Notes: a model not told the origin generated them from the letters alone. A stretch of 64,000 bases of DNA from Deltaproteobacteria bacterium (GCA_046583355.1 JAYGCM010000073.1:1-64000), one strand, 5' to 3'; counted from the stretch's first letter, positions 42,578-53,348 are shown. Program-made: numbers and translations.

Positions 42578-45500
42578 GTGGCGCAGACTTTTTTCAGCAA
42601 CCCCACCCGGGCAGCCGTTTTGGTTCTGCTCGCCACTCTCTTTGCCGTCACGCCTGCGATCGCCGCGGATATCACCCTGCGGATCCGCTTCGGGTTCGGT
42701 GACCGCGCGCCTGCTGATTGGAGTGGATCGATCCGCGTAGAGCCCGGACGCGTAGGCGCGATGCACGGCTGGAGCTTCCGTGGCCGAGACCGCATCCTGG
42801 CCGGCGGCCGCTTCACCCTCCGTACCCGCAAGCCCACACCGCCGAGGCTGGGCCAGGCGGTGGCGGGCGCGCAACTCAACGGGATCGGCGTCGCGCTGCA
42901 CGATGTGGATGAGGATTCCCTGATCCGCATCGAGACCGCGCAGGGAATAGCCGAGTTCCGCCTCGGCGATTTGCCCGCACACGGCCCACAGGCGGCCCTG
43001 GGGGGACGCATGCGGATCGAGCGAATGCCGAATCATCGGCGTATTGCCGCCACCGAGGCCGATGAAGATTTCACCGCTCTCGCCACAGCGCCTGACGGAA
43101 GCCTCTGGGTCGGGTGGATCGCCTTCACACATGCCGACGCACGTAGCGGACGGATTTCGCGCTACCGCTACCCGCCGAAGGACTTCTCGGCCCTGGAGCG
43201 CCGCGAGGGCGCGGATCAGGCCTGGGTGCGACGACGCGACCCGGCCGGCGACTGGCAGGTGCCGATTGCCATCACCGCACCGGCGCGTGCCCTCTCTGGC
43301 CTCACACTCGCCGTCGACGGTGACGGGGTTCTCTGGGCCTTCTGGTCGGAGCGCCGCGGCGAGTCGATTGATCTATTGGGCAGGCCTCTGGGCGAGGACC
43401 CAGACGCCACAAAGCCGCGCCTGCTGGGCCGCCGCGGCGAAAACGACCTCGCCTGCGTCGCCGCGACCGACGCCTCGGGAAGAATCTGGCTCGCCTGGCA
43501 GGGAATACGAAACGGACGCTTGACAATCCTGCTGCGCCGCCAACAGGCGGACGGCAGCTTCCTCGCCGAACAAATCATCGACGATGGCGATGGCTCCTCC
43601 TGGGCGCCCGCCATCGCGGCCACTGCTTCGGGCGAGAACCCGGCGCGGGTGGCGATCGCATGGGATACCTACCGCAGCGGTGATTACGATGTGCGATTGC
43701 GCCTCTTCGACAGCGGCGGGAGCGCAGGTGAGGTTCGGGCCGTCGCGTCCAGTCCCGCCTTCGAGGCCCGCCCTCTCCTGGCCTGGGCGCCCGACGGGAA
43801 TTTATGGGTCGCGTGGAGGTACGCGGCCGCGCATTGGGGCAAGGACCGCGGCTATCAGATCCCCGGCGACGGGGCCGGCCTCTACGAGAGCCGTAGCATT
43901 GCCGTCCGCGTCCTCGCGGCCGACGGTTCCTGGCAGGCTCCGCTCCAGCAGCCCATCCAGGCGCTCGGCGCCATCAACCCGCCCGACGCCCGGCGCGCCG
44001 AACCCGGCCGCGGCGCATTGCCGCCGCCGCCCGTACTCGGCCGGCCCCTGCCGGGCATCGGCTCGCCCTTTCATATTCTCGCAGCTCTCGTGATTGACGA
44101 GCACGCCCGTCCCTGGATCATCAGCCTGAGCCGCGATCCACACGAATTCAATGGCTCGGGGTTCATCTTCGATGCCTGGGCCACCGTCTACGACGAGCGC
44201 GCCTGGAGCACACCGATCCTGCTGCCACGCAGCGACGGGTACCGGTTTCCCCCGGTCCGCTCGGCAGCGCAGCCGAGCCGACGCCTGGTGGTCGCGACCT
44301 CCGGCGACAGCCGGCGCGAGCGTCAGCCCGCGTCCTTGCAGGCGCGTTCCGGTCCCGTTGCGTTGCACCTCACAGACACGCTCGATGCCGATATTCTCGT
44401 CTGGGAACTCGACGTTCCGCCCGCCACCGCAGCACCCTTCCTGCAGGCCGCCATCGCACCCGCCGAGACCAAATTACCGACCGCGGCGACTCTGGCCGAG
44501 CGCGAAGATGTACGCCGGCTACGCGCAGTGCGCATCGAATTTGCCGGCGAAGAGCTCCGCATCTCCCGCGGCGACCTGCACCGTCATACCGAGTTTTCCT
44601 CGGACGGCGGCCTCGACGGCACCCTGGACGATCTGATGCGCTACGCGATCGACGCCGGGCGGCTGGACTTCGTCGTCAATTCCGACCACAGCAACGGCAA
44701 CCATCGGGAGTTCCCCTGGTGGCTGACACAGAAGGCCATCGACGATTATACGTTCTCTCCGTCGTTCACCGGCCTGCACGGCCATGAGCGTAGCGCCCCG
44801 TTTCCCGAGGGACACCGTAATATTCTCTTCCGCCAACGCGGCATCCGGCCGCTGCCTCGCCTGCCGATTGCGAAAATCAAGGACAAGGGTCCGGCGGCGG
44901 ATACCGAGATGCTCTATTCCTACCTGCGCGCCTTCGACGGCCTGGCCTTCCCGCATACCACCGCCACGCGGATGGGCACGGATTGGCGCAACCATGACCC
45001 CGAGCGCGAACCGATGGTCGAGGTCTACCAGGGCGCACGCCAGAGCTCCGAGCGCGCCGGGGCGCCGCGTGCCGTATCGGCCCGGAATTCCGTCGGGCAG
45101 TTCCGCCCCAAAGGAATGATCAACCATGCGCTGAACCGGGGCTACCATTTCTCGTTTTACGCCAGCAGCGACCATCTCTCGACGCATGTGAGCTACGCAA
45201 TGGTCTGGACACCGAGCCTTGCGCGCGGGGCCATCTTCGAGTCGATCCGCAAGGGCCGGGTCTACGGTGCGACCGATAATATTTTTGCCGATTTCCGTAT
45301 CCACGCCGGCGAGACAGAAGGCTTCCTCGGCGAGGAGATCGAGGTGCGCAGCGACCCGACCTACCGCGTGCGATTGCATGGCACGGCACCCTTCGCGCGC
45401 GTCGTCTTTATCCACGACGACAAAATCGTGCATGAACTCAAACCGGGCACGGCCGTCGTCGATGCCTCCTGGACCGATACGGAACTCGCACCAGGCCAGA

Positions 45501-45583
45501 CCAGCTGGACCTATGTACGCGGCGAGCAGGAAGACGGCGAACTCGTCTGGGCTTCGCCGATTTTCACCACCCGTGTCGAGTAG
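42578..45583 (+). CDS. Large secreted protein: beta-propeller-like repeats plus C-terminal PHP-family (DUF3604-like) metallohydrolase
   Basis: Signal peptide after GTG 42578; repeated P.(I/L)A...G..W.AW blades; PHP motifs GDLHRHT..S.DG, SDH, GHRN, PH, EVYQ and ASSDH. Confidence 0.8.
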   Translation: MAQTFFSNPTRAAVLVLLATLFAVTPAIAADITLRIRFGFGDRAPADWSGSIRVEPGRVGAMHGWSFRGRDRILAGGRFTLRTRKPTPPRLGQAVAGAQLNGIGVALHDVDEDSLIRIETAQGIAEFRLGDLPAHGPQAALGGRMRIERMPNHRRIAATEADEDFTALATAPDGSLWVGWIAFTHADARSGRISRYRYPPKDFSALERREGADQAWVRRRDPAGDWQVPIAITAPARALSGLTLAVDGDGVLWAFWSERRGESIDLLGRPLGEDPDATKPRLLGRRGENDLACVAATDASGRIWLAWQGIRNGRLTILLRRQQADGSFLAEQIIDDGDGSSWAPAIAATASGENPARVAIAWDTYRSGDYDVRLRLFDSGGSAGEVRAVASSPAFEARPLLAWAPDGNLWVAWRYAAAHWGKDRGYQIPGDGAGLYESRSIAVRVLAADGSWQAPLQQPIQALGAINPPDARRAEPGRGALPPPPVLGRPLPGIGSPFHILAALVIDEHARPWIISLSRDPHEFNGSGFIFDAWATVYDERAWSTPILLPRSDGYRFPPVRSAAQPSRRLVVATSGDSRRERQPASLQARSGPVALHLTDTLDADILVWELDVPPATAAPFLQAAIAPAETKLPTAATLAEREDVRRLRAVRIEFAGEELRISRGDLHRHTEFSSDGGLDGTLDDLMRYAIDAGRLDFVVNSDHSNGNHREFPWWLTQKAIDDYTFSPSFTGLHGHERSAPFPEGHRNILFRQRGIRPLPRLPIAKIKDKGPAADTEMLYSYLRAFDGLAFPHTTATRMGTDWRNHDPEREPMVEVYQGARQSSERAGAPRAVSARNSVGQFRPKGMINHALNRGYHFSFYASSDHLSTHVSYAMVWTPSLARGAIFESIRKGRVYGATDNIFADFRIHAGETEGFLGEEIEVRSDPTYRVRLHGTAPFARVVFIHDDKIVHELKPGTAVVDASWTDTELAPGQTSWTYVRGEQEDGELVWASPIFTTRVE

Positions 45584-45589
45584 GGATTT

Positions 45590-46813
45590 TCAACTATAGC
45601 GAACGGCCTCACCGCGCGAGTCCCCATGCTTCTCGACAGCACGGCGCAGATCGGCCAGAAAGGGCTCGACTACCTTCTCGTGTTCGGGGGAGACCATCAT
45701 ATGCAACGCAGCGGGATCCTTCTGCCGGTCGAGGTGCCAGCCCAGATCGTCCATGACATCGCCGATTGCCATGATATCGAAGCGATCCGAGGCAAAAGCC
45801 TGCACGCTCGCCACCGGCGTCCCAACGATCTGTAGGCCTGGGATCGCCGCGATGCCCACGCGCAGGGCTTTTGCGGCCGCCAGCGTCTGCCCGGCCAGGC
45901 GCAGATAGCCCTCCTCGCCGAGAAAATTCATCACAGCCCACGCAGCCGCGATCGGTGCGGCCGGCCGCGCGCCCGCCAGAGCCGGTGAGCCATAGAGACC
46001 ACCCGGCCATTTGTCGAACAAGAAAATCTGGTGGCGTAGGCTGGATTTCTCGCGATGCGAGATGATCGACGCACCCTTGGTGGCGAAGCCGTATTTATGA
46101 ACATCGGCCGAGATCGTCGTCACGCCGGCGACGCGAAAATCCCACGGCGGAATCTCGACGCCAAGCTTCTCCAAAAAGGGCAAGAGAAAGCCGCCGACGC
46201 AGGCGTCGGTATGGAAAGAAGCGCCGGCCTCTTCTGCAATCGCCGCAAGCTCAGGAATCGGGTCGATCATCCCATGCGGATAATTCGGCGCCGAGCCGAC
46301 AAGCAGCACGGTATTCGGCGTCACCAGCGCGCGTACCGCATCGACATCGACGCGCAGATCGGCGGCCAGCGGGGCCTGACGCAGTTCGAGGCCGAGGTAC
46401 TCGGCCGCCTTGGCAAAGGCCGGATGGGCCGAGATGGGGACGATCATCTCGGGCTTCTCGATGCCACGTTCCTCGCGCGCACGGTTACGCGCCGTCTTGA
46501 CCGACATCAGAATGCTCTCGGTGCCTCCCGAGGTCAGGGTGCCGCCGGCCCCCTCCGGGGCGTTCAGCAAGGAGCGCGTCATGCTGCAAATTTCCTGTTC
46601 CATGGTCGCCAGGCTGGGGAAGCGGAAAGGGTTGAGAGCGTTCTCGAAGACGTAGAGTTGGTTCGCCTCGCGCAGCAACGCATCGACCTCCTCGCCGGCC
46701 GGGTAAATCAGGCTCCAGGTCTTGCCGGCGCGCCAATCGGCATCTTTTTCCTTGGCCTCGCGCATACGGTCGAGGACCTCCTCGGCCGGCTGTCCCTTTT
46801 TCGGTAATTGCAT
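45590..46813 (-). CDS. PLP-dependent enzyme, sphingosine-1-phosphate lyase-like (group II decarboxylase fold)
   Basis: ENALNP..FP, TSGGTESI, SAHPAF.KAA, GSAPNYPHG, HTDACVGG and ISADVHKYG. Confidence 0.88.
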   Translation of the reverse strand: MQLPKKGQPAEEVLDRMREAKEKDADWRAGKTWSLIYPAGEEVDALLREANQLYVFENALNPFRFPSLATMEQEICSMTRSLLNAPEGAGGTLTSGGTESILMSVKTARNRAREERGIEKPEMIVPISAHPAFAKAAEYLGLELRQAPLAADLRVDVDAVRALVTPNTVLLVGSAPNYPHGMIDPIPELAAIAEEAGASFHTDACVGGFLLPFLEKLGVEIPPWDFRVAGVTTISADVHKYGFATKGASIISHREKSSLRHQIFLFDKWPGGLYGSPALAGARPAAPIAAAWAVMNFLGEEGYLRLAGQTLAAAKALRVGIAAIPGLQIVGTPVASVQAFASDRFDIMAIGDVMDDLGWHLDRQKDPAALHMMVSPEHEKVVEPFLADLRRAVEKHGDSRGEAVRYS

Positions 46814-46933
46814 CGTCTATCTCCCCTGCCGCTGCCCACAGACGAGAGATGCCTCGAATCGGTGCAACACGGCCGACACTACCACGGCGCCGTGCACCTC
46901 GAAAAAGCTTTCGGAAGAAGATAGCCAGATGCC

Positions 46934-48322
46934 ATGCGTACGATTCTCTTCGTTCTCTTCTCGATGCTTCTGATTGCTCAGCCCACCATGGCCGCCGAAC
47001 CTGATTTTGCGGCGGCCGCGAAGGCTAGCCGCGCTCTGCTTGCCGAACTCGTGGCCGCCGACACCTCCAACCCGCCGGGCAACGAGGCCCGCGCCGTGGC
47101 GATCGGCAAAAAGCATCTCGAAGCCGCCGGCATCGAGGTGCATACCAGCCGCTTCGCCCCTGGCCGCGAGAACCTGGTCGCGCGTCTGCGCGGCGACGGC
47201 TCGGCCCCGCCCATCCTGCTGCTCGCCCATATCGACGTCGTCGGCGCCGATGCGGCGGCGTGGGATACGCCGCCGCATGAGCTGATTGAGCGCGACGGCT
47301 ACCTCTACGGCCGCGGCGCAAGCGACGACCTCGCCATGGCCTCGGTTGAACTGATCGTACTCGAAGAATTGAAGAAAAACGGAATTGCTCTGAAGCGCGA
47401 TATCATTTTGGCGTGGACCGGCGACGAGGAGAGCGGCGGTGCCGGAATTCAATGGATCCTCGAGAACGAGCCCGAAACGATCCGGGCGGCTGTCGCGCTC
47501 AATGAAGGCGGCGGCGTGCGACTCGATGCGAGCGGCAAGCCCGTACGCATCGACCTGCAAACGGCCGAAAAAATCTACCAGGACTTCACCCTCCGGGCGC
47601 ACGGACCAACCGGGCATTCTTCCGTGCCGCTGGATGACAATGCGATCTACCGGCTCGCGCGGGCTCTCTCGGCGATTGAGGGGCATCGCTTCCCGGCCCG
47701 CCTACTCCCCGTCACCCGCGCCTGGATGCAGGGCCGCGCGTCCCTGGAGACAGCCGAACTCGCGGCCACGATGAATGCGCTCACCGAGGCCAAAGGAGAG
47801 CTGCCCGCAGAAGCCCTCGCCAACGCACTCGCCGACCCCCTCTTGGCGGCAAGTCTGCGTACGACCTGCATCGCCACCCTGATCGAGGGCGGCACGCGGG
47901 TAAACGCATTGCCGGGCAGCGCCGAGGCCAACCTCAACTGCCGCATTCTCCCGGACTCCTCACCGGAAGCGGTCCGCCAGGTGTTGGTTCGCCTCATCGA
48001 CGATCCGGCAATCGAGATCATCGCCTCGTCGGAATTCGGTTTCGGCGAGCCCTCCCCGATCGGCGGCGTCACACCGGCGGCCATTCGCACCATTGCCGAA
48101 GCCATGTGGCCCGGCATCAAAATCATCCCCTTCATGTCGCGAGGCGCAACCGATTCGCGCTTCCTGCGTGCCGCCGGAATCCCCGCCTACGGCATCAGTC
48201 CGGTCGCGATCGGCGAGGAAGACGGCCGCCGCGCCCACGGCATCAATGAACGCATCCCGGCCGCAAGCCTCGAGCCGGGCGTCGAATTTCTCTACCGCCT
48301 GATTGTCGAATTGGCGGGCTAA
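46934..48322 (+). CDS. Secreted M20/M25/M40 metallopeptidase/amidohydrolase
   Basis: Signal peptide, LAHIDVV, YGRGASDD, GDEE, GHSS and AHGINER. Confidence 0.92.
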   Translation: MRTILFVLFSMLLIAQPTMAAEPDFAAAAKASRALLAELVAADTSNPPGNEARAVAIGKKHLEAAGIEVHTSRFAPGRENLVARLRGDGSAPPILLLAHIDVVGADAAAWDTPPHELIERDGYLYGRGASDDLAMASVELIVLEELKKNGIALKRDIILAWTGDEESGGAGIQWILENEPETIRAAVALNEGGGVRLDASGKPVRIDLQTAEKIYQDFTLRAHGPTGHSSVPLDDNAIYRLARALSAIEGHRFPARLLPVTRAWMQGRASLETAELAATMNALTEAKGELPAEALANALADPLLAASLRTTCIATLIEGGTRVNALPGSAEANLNCRILPDSSPEAVRQVLVRLIDDPAIEIIASSEFGFGEPSPIGGVTPAAIRTIAEAMWPGIKIIPFMSRGATDSRFLRAAGIPAYGISPVAIGEEDGRRAHGINERIPAASLEPGVEFLYRLIVELAG

Positions 48323-49638
48323 GCCGCCGCCGGGCGGCGGAAACGCGGGGCCGCCTGCTGGCCGCCTGGGCGGCGCGCCTCGGTGGCCGAACTCTCTTCA
48401 AGAAGCGCGCGGTATTGCTCAACCGTGCCCAGCGCCGAGTGGCGCCAGGTCCAGCGTTCCAGCACCCGTTTGCGGCCGGCGACGCTGATACGTTGGCGCA
48501 AATCATCATTGTCCAAGGCATCGGCGATGCGTCGTGCCAAGGCTTCGCCATTGCCCGGTTCGACCAGCAGCGCGGTCTCGCCATCGGGTCCGACGACTTC
48601 GGGCAAAGCACCGCCGGTGGTCGCCACCAGCGGCACACCACAGCACATCATCTCGACCGCAGGTAGCGAGAAGCCCTCATAGAGCGAGGGCACGACGCCG
48701 ACCTCGGCCTCGTTGAAGATCTCGATCAGCCGCTGGTCCGATACGCCTGTGACGAATTGCACGGCATCCTCGATGCCCAGCTCGCGAATCGTCCGCGCCG
48801 CCTGACCGTCGGGGTTCAGCCGGCCGACCACCAGCAGATCCACATCCCGATCGCGGCGGAGGATCGCGAGCGCCTCAAGCAGAAATTTAAGACCCTTCAT
48901 CGCCACATCCGCGCTCGCTGTCGTGACCAGCCGCCCCTTCTTCGTGGCGACCTCCGGCAGCGGACGGAAAAGCTCCTGGTCAACGCCAACCGGCACCACA
49001 TGCAGCCGGTCCAGCGGGACTTGATGGTCGCGATGAATATCGCCCAAAGAGTTCTTCGATACGGTCAGAATTCGCGGCAAGCGACGCGCCACGCGTGTCT
49101 GCATCTTGGTAAACGAGTACCAACGCCCCTTGAAGAACCACTCGCGCCAGGTCTCGGCGGCCGCCAGCTCCAGGCGGAGATCCACAGTCGTCGGATGATG
49201 AATCGTACCGATGATCGGCAACCCCGCCCGCTCGATACCGCGCAACCCATAGCCAAGGCATTGGTTATCCTGCACCAGATCAAAATCGTTGATCCGCGAT
49301 GCAAGTTCACGCCAAACGCGAATGCTGAAAGCCAGCGGCTCGGGAAAGGCCCCGGTCAGAAACTGCCCGAACTCCACCCAATCACCCACCGTCCGCAGCT
49401 GCTCCAGCCGCGGCAAGCGCAGCGGATGCTTCGGGTTGTAAAAATCGAGACTCGGCAGCTGATGCAGCTCCACCCGCGGATCCGTCTCCGGCCACTCCGG
49501 CCCCGAATAAACCTCGACATGGTGGCCCAGGTCGGCCAACGCCTTGGTCAGCTGCCGCGTATAAACACCCTGCCCCCCGACAGTCTTCTTGCCGCGGTAG
49601 GTAAGGAAAGCGATGCGAAGGGGCGAATCCGAACTCAC
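48319..49638 (-). CDS. Glycosyltransferase family 4
   Basis: LRIAFLTYRG...GGQGVY and PSLYEGFSLPAVEMMCCG. Start GTG 49638. Confidence 0.9.
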   Translation of the reverse strand: MSSDSPLRIAFLTYRGKKTVGGQGVYTRQLTKALADLGHHVEVYSGPEWPETDPRVELHQLPSLDFYNPKHPLRLPRLEQLRTVGDWVEFGQFLTGAFPEPLAFSIRVWRELASRINDFDLVQDNQCLGYGLRGIERAGLPIIGTIHHPTTVDLRLELAAAETWREWFFKGRWYSFTKMQTRVARRLPRILTVSKNSLGDIHRDHQVPLDRLHVVPVGVDQELFRPLPEVATKKGRLVTTASADVAMKGLKFLLEALAILRRDRDVDLLVVGRLNPDGQAARTIRELGIEDAVQFVTGVSDQRLIEIFNEAEVGVVPSLYEGFSLPAVEMMCCGVPLVATTGGALPEVVGPDGETALLVEPGNGEALARRIADALDNDDLRQRISVAGRKRVLERWTWRHSALGTVEQYRALLEESSATEARRPGGQQAAPRFRRPAAA

Positions 49639-49715
49639 CCGAACACCATCGGGGTTGACCCCGCCCCCAGCAACCCCGTCCCCTTCCCGGGGTGCGGGCG
49701 GGCGCGGACGGGTAC

Positions 49716-51005
49716 TCAGCGTGCTCGGGTCAACCAAGCTACGACGAGGACGCCGGCGCCACCGATGCCGAGCAGTACGAGAAACCGTGGCCAGGGCCAC
49801 GCGCGCGCGCCCGGCACGATCGGGATCTGCGGGGCTTCGATGGTATCGCCCACCAGCGTGGCGGTGGCCTGATCCTCCATTTCGGCGAGGCGAGCAAGCG
49901 ACCATTCCAGCGCCTGACCCGACCCGAACCCGGCCAAAGAGGCGACCGGAATCCCCGCGGATACCGCCGCCGCCTGCAGGGGCGACTGGGTCGCCCCTGC
50001 AGGGACGAAAAGGCGGTCGAGCACCGGCGGCAACTCGGTAGCGCGCGCGAGAAGCGTCATGCCGAAGCGTGAGCGCAGAAACGTGCGCTGCGCCGAGAGC
50101 GTCGTCAGATCGAAAACCAACGAGCGCGGGAAGGTATCGAGGAGGGCTGCCAGATGTAATTCGTCGACCCCCTCCGCGACCGCCACACCAATCGGAACCG
50201 GTGCCGTGAGAAAGCCGCCGTTGAGCAGAAGAACGCCGATCTCACCATAAGAGATCTCCGGCGTCGCCCATTCCACCGGAAGCAGGCCAATGCCGAGCGC
50301 CTCTTTCGCGCGCGCCTCAGCCTCGTCTCCGGCCAGACGGCGCACGGCGGCAAACGCTCCATCAAGCGATGCCGTCACGCCTGCGGAAGTGATCACCTCT
50401 TCGTCCTCGACAAAGCGCGCTCCGAAGAGCCAGCGCGTATCCGGGTGGTGCTTGGCGAGATTGGAGACCGACCAGAAATGAGTGGTCGCGCGGCGATCGA
50501 CCAACAATCCGGCCGCCGCTGCGGTACGCACCCCCTCACAAACCGCGAGCAGAGGCGTCCCCTCGCCCGCGTTAAGCGCGAGCCAATCCACCAGGACGCT
50601 TGCCGTCGCATCCAGAAAAAACGGAACTACGATCAGATCCGCACCAGCCGGATAGGCCTCGGCGAAGCTCGCAAAAGAATGGTCGGGTAGAAGATCGATA
50701 CCACCGGTGACCGGCGAGAGCCGCCGCTCGGGCGCCACCACAACGACATCAAAGGCAAGGGAGGCACTCAATACCGCATAGGGATAGAGGAGATCCGTCA
50801 CCTCCGTACCCCGATTGCTGGCGAGCAAAACCGCGACGGGCAGGCCCGTGGGGGCACGCGCCTCAGGCATCGCCAATGCCGGCGGGGCCGTCACCGGGTA
50901 TTGCACCATACGCTGCATCGCGCCGAAGGTGCGCGCACCCGCAACGACAAATATCGGCATCAGGAAACCGAGAATCAAAAGGATCGGGCGGGCCAGAAGG
51001 CGCAT
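49716..51005 (-). CDS. DJ-1/PfpI family protein with N- and C-terminal hydrophobic anchors
   Basis: GTEVTDLL.PY, AVCEG (catalytic Cys), ATTHF and ITSAGVTAS. Confidence 0.85.
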   Translation of the reverse strand: MRLLARPILLILGFLMPIFVVAGARTFGAMQRMVQYPVTAPPALAMPEARAPTGLPVAVLLASNRGTEVTDLLYPYAVLSASLAFDVVVVAPERRLSPVTGGIDLLPDHSFASFAEAYPAGADLIVVPFFLDATASVLVDWLALNAGEGTPLLAVCEGVRTAAAAGLLVDRRATTHFWSVSNLAKHHPDTRWLFGARFVEDEEVITSAGVTASLDGAFAAVRRLAGDEAEARAKEALGIGLLPVEWATPEISYGEIGVLLLNGGFLTAPVPIGVAVAEGVDELHLAALLDTFPRSLVFDLTTLSAQRTFLRSRFGMTLLARATELPPVLDRLFVPAGATQSPLQAAAVSAGIPVASLAGFGSGQALEWSLARLAEMEDQATATLVGDTIEAPQIPIVPGARAWPWPRFLVLLGIGGAGVLVVAWLTRAR

Positions 51006-51074
51006 GGTCGAAGCTTCGCGTTCCCCTGCCCCGCGCGCAAGGCAGCTGCCGCGCCTGGAGGCCCGGCCTCTGGC

Positions 51075-53348
51075 TCAGTCGGACTCGGAGTCCGCCGAGG
51101 CGCGGTGTTGGCGTGCGCGGGTATCGGCAGGGTCCTCGGCCAGCACAAAGCGGATCTTCCGCCTCTCGAGCGAGGCGTCCACCGCCTCGACCATCAGCGG
51201 GTCGCCCAGACGAAAGCGCCGGCCGCCGCGTGCGGCGATCAGTGATTTCGTTGCGCCATCGAAGCGAAAGCGTCCGGGCAGATCATCCAACGACACAAGG
51301 CCTTCGACGGGATAGGCATCCAACTCAACAAAGATCCCGAAACGCTCGATACCGACGATCGTTGCGGACTCTTCCTGCAGAAGGTGGCCCAGCATGAACT
51401 CGGCCTTTTTCAGGTCAAGCATCGCACGCTCGGCACCCATCGAGGTACGCTCCGCGGTGGAGTTCTTGGCCGACATTTCGGTAATAGCCGCGCCGAGTTC
51501 GCGGGCCTCGGGCAGGTGACCATCGAGGATTCGACCGATCTGTCGATGCACCATCAGGTCGGGGTAGCGCCGGATCGGCGAAGTGAAATGGCAATAGCAC
51601 TCGAAGGCGAGACCGAAATGGCCGACATTTTCGGTTGCGTAACGCGCCTGTTTCAGACTGCGCAAAACCTGACGCGAGAGCACCCGCGCAAGCCTATGAC
51701 CGCTGAGTTCATCGAGCGCGCGCTGTACATCGATCGGCTCGACCGTCCCCTTGTAGGCAACCCGGATACCGATCGGATAGAGCAGAAGATTCAATTCATC
51801 GACCGAGGTAGATTCCGGCGCCTCGTGGATTCGATAGGGAAGCGGCACCTTTTTCTTGGTGAGAAAGCCCGCCACTGCGCAATTCGCTGCGAGCATCATC
51901 TCTTCGACCATGCGATGTGCGTCGTTGCGCATGGTTGTGCGTAGGCCGATCGTGCGCCCCTCCTCCGAGAGGTCGACCAATGCCTCGGGGAGGTCCAGGT
52001 CGAGCGAGCCCTTGCGCATGCGACGTCGATGCAGGGAGCGCATCAGTTCGTGCATCATCTGCAGCATCGGCAGCACGTCGGCGAATTGTTCGCGGTCGGC
52101 ATCAATGGCCGTACTATGGGCCTCGGAGAGAATGCCGGCGACCTGAGTATAGGTGAGTCGCGCGGCACTGCGGATCACCGCTCGATAGACCTCCACCCCG
52201 GAGCGCACGCCGCTTTTGTCATGGACCATTTCCGCGACGAGCACGAGGCGCTCGCGCTCGGGCATCAGCGAGCAGAGTTCAGTCGAGAGGCGTTCGGGCA
52301 GCATCGGGATCGCACGGTCAGGGAAATAGGTGCTTGTGCCGCGCAGCTGCGCTTCTTCGTCAAGGAGAGTTCCGGGGCGCACATAATGCGATACGTCGGC
52401 GATCGCGACGCGCAACCGCGTGCGGCCACCGCCCAGAGATTCGAGATAAACGGCATCATCGTAGTCACGCGCTGTGGCACCATCGATCGTGACGAAGGGC
52501 ATCTCGCGCAGGTCCTGGCGCGAGGCGAAATCGGCCGGATCCGGATCATGCGGCAGGCGACGGGCGGCCCGCTTCACCTTCTCGGGGAACTCGATGCGCA
52601 GACCCGCCTCCAGCGAAATTTGCAGGACCTGGACCTCGGGATCGGCCAGGTCGCCCAGCAGGCGCTCGACCTCGCCACGCAAACCGTGCTGGCGGGTTGG
52701 CGGGTCCGTCAGACGCACCAAGGCGGTACGCCCCTCGGCGTTCGCATCCAATTTTTCGCCTCCGACGACTTCGACGGTCGGCAAACGCTCATCGTGCGGC
52801 ACCACGCAGAACCGGGGCGCGGCCCCGCGGCCGCGACGCATCACGGCCTCCACGCGCCCGAGGATCTGCGTATGCGCGCGCGTGACCACGCCGACCACCT
52901 CACCGCTCGAACGCCCGGCGGCGGCGTCCCAACGCCGCACCTCGGCCGTTACTGTGTCGCCATGCAGCGCATCGGCTTCCCGGCCACGAGGGATGAACAC
53001 ATCACCGCCGATCTTCTCGCGGTCCTCGCCGAGGGTCGCGACGAAACCAAAACCACCGCGCGCGCGCGTGTAGCGGCCCTCGACCACCATCGGTCCCTGA
53101 CCGCGGCGGCGCGGTGTGGCAGACCGCCGGCCCGGCTCCGCTGTAGCCCGCCAGCGGCCCTTCCCTACCCGAGCCACCTTGCCCGTCTCGGCCGCACGCC
53201 CCAGCAATTCCTCCAGCGCGCGTCGATCATAGGGTTTCGGCCCCATCCGCCGTGCAATCTCTTTGATAGAGAGCGGCTTCGGCGCCGCGCGCTCGAGAAT
53301 ATCGAGAAGAGTATGATTGGAATTTTCGGATTTGTCGCGACGGGCCAC
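51075..53348 (-). CDS. rnr: Ribonuclease R
   Basis: TIDGATARDYDDA, AIADVSHYV, HFGLA...Y.HFTSPIRRYPDL and a C-terminal S1 domain. Confidence 0.94.
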   Translation of the reverse strand: MARRDKSENSNHTLLDILERAAPKPLSIKEIARRMGPKPYDRRALEELLGRAAETGKVARVGKGRWRATAEPGRRSATPRRRGQGPMVVEGRYTRARGGFGFVATLGEDREKIGGDVFIPRGREADALHGDTVTAEVRRWDAAAGRSSGEVVGVVTRAHTQILGRVEAVMRRGRGAAPRFCVVPHDERLPTVEVVGGEKLDANAEGRTALVRLTDPPTRQHGLRGEVERLLGDLADPEVQVLQISLEAGLRIEFPEKVKRAARRLPHDPDPADFASRQDLREMPFVTIDGATARDYDDAVYLESLGGGRTRLRVAIADVSHYVRPGTLLDEEAQLRGTSTYFPDRAIPMLPERLSTELCSLMPERERLVLVAEMVHDKSGVRSGVEVYRAVIRSAARLTYTQVAGILSEAHSTAIDADREQFADVLPMLQMMHELMRSLHRRRMRKGSLDLDLPEALVDLSEEGRTIGLRTTMRNDAHRMVEEMMLAANCAVAGFLTKKKVPLPYRIHEAPESTSVDELNLLLYPIGIRVAYKGTVEPIDVQRALDELSGHRLARVLSRQVLRSLKQARYATENVGHFGLAFECYCHFTSPIRRYPDLMVHRQIGRILDGHLPEARELGAAITEMSAKNSTAERTSMGAERAMLDLKKAEFMLGHLLQEESATIVGIERFGIFVELDAYPVEGLVSLDDLPGRFRFDGATKSLIAARGGRRFRLGDPLMVEAVDASLERRKIRFVLAEDPADTRARQHRASADSESD

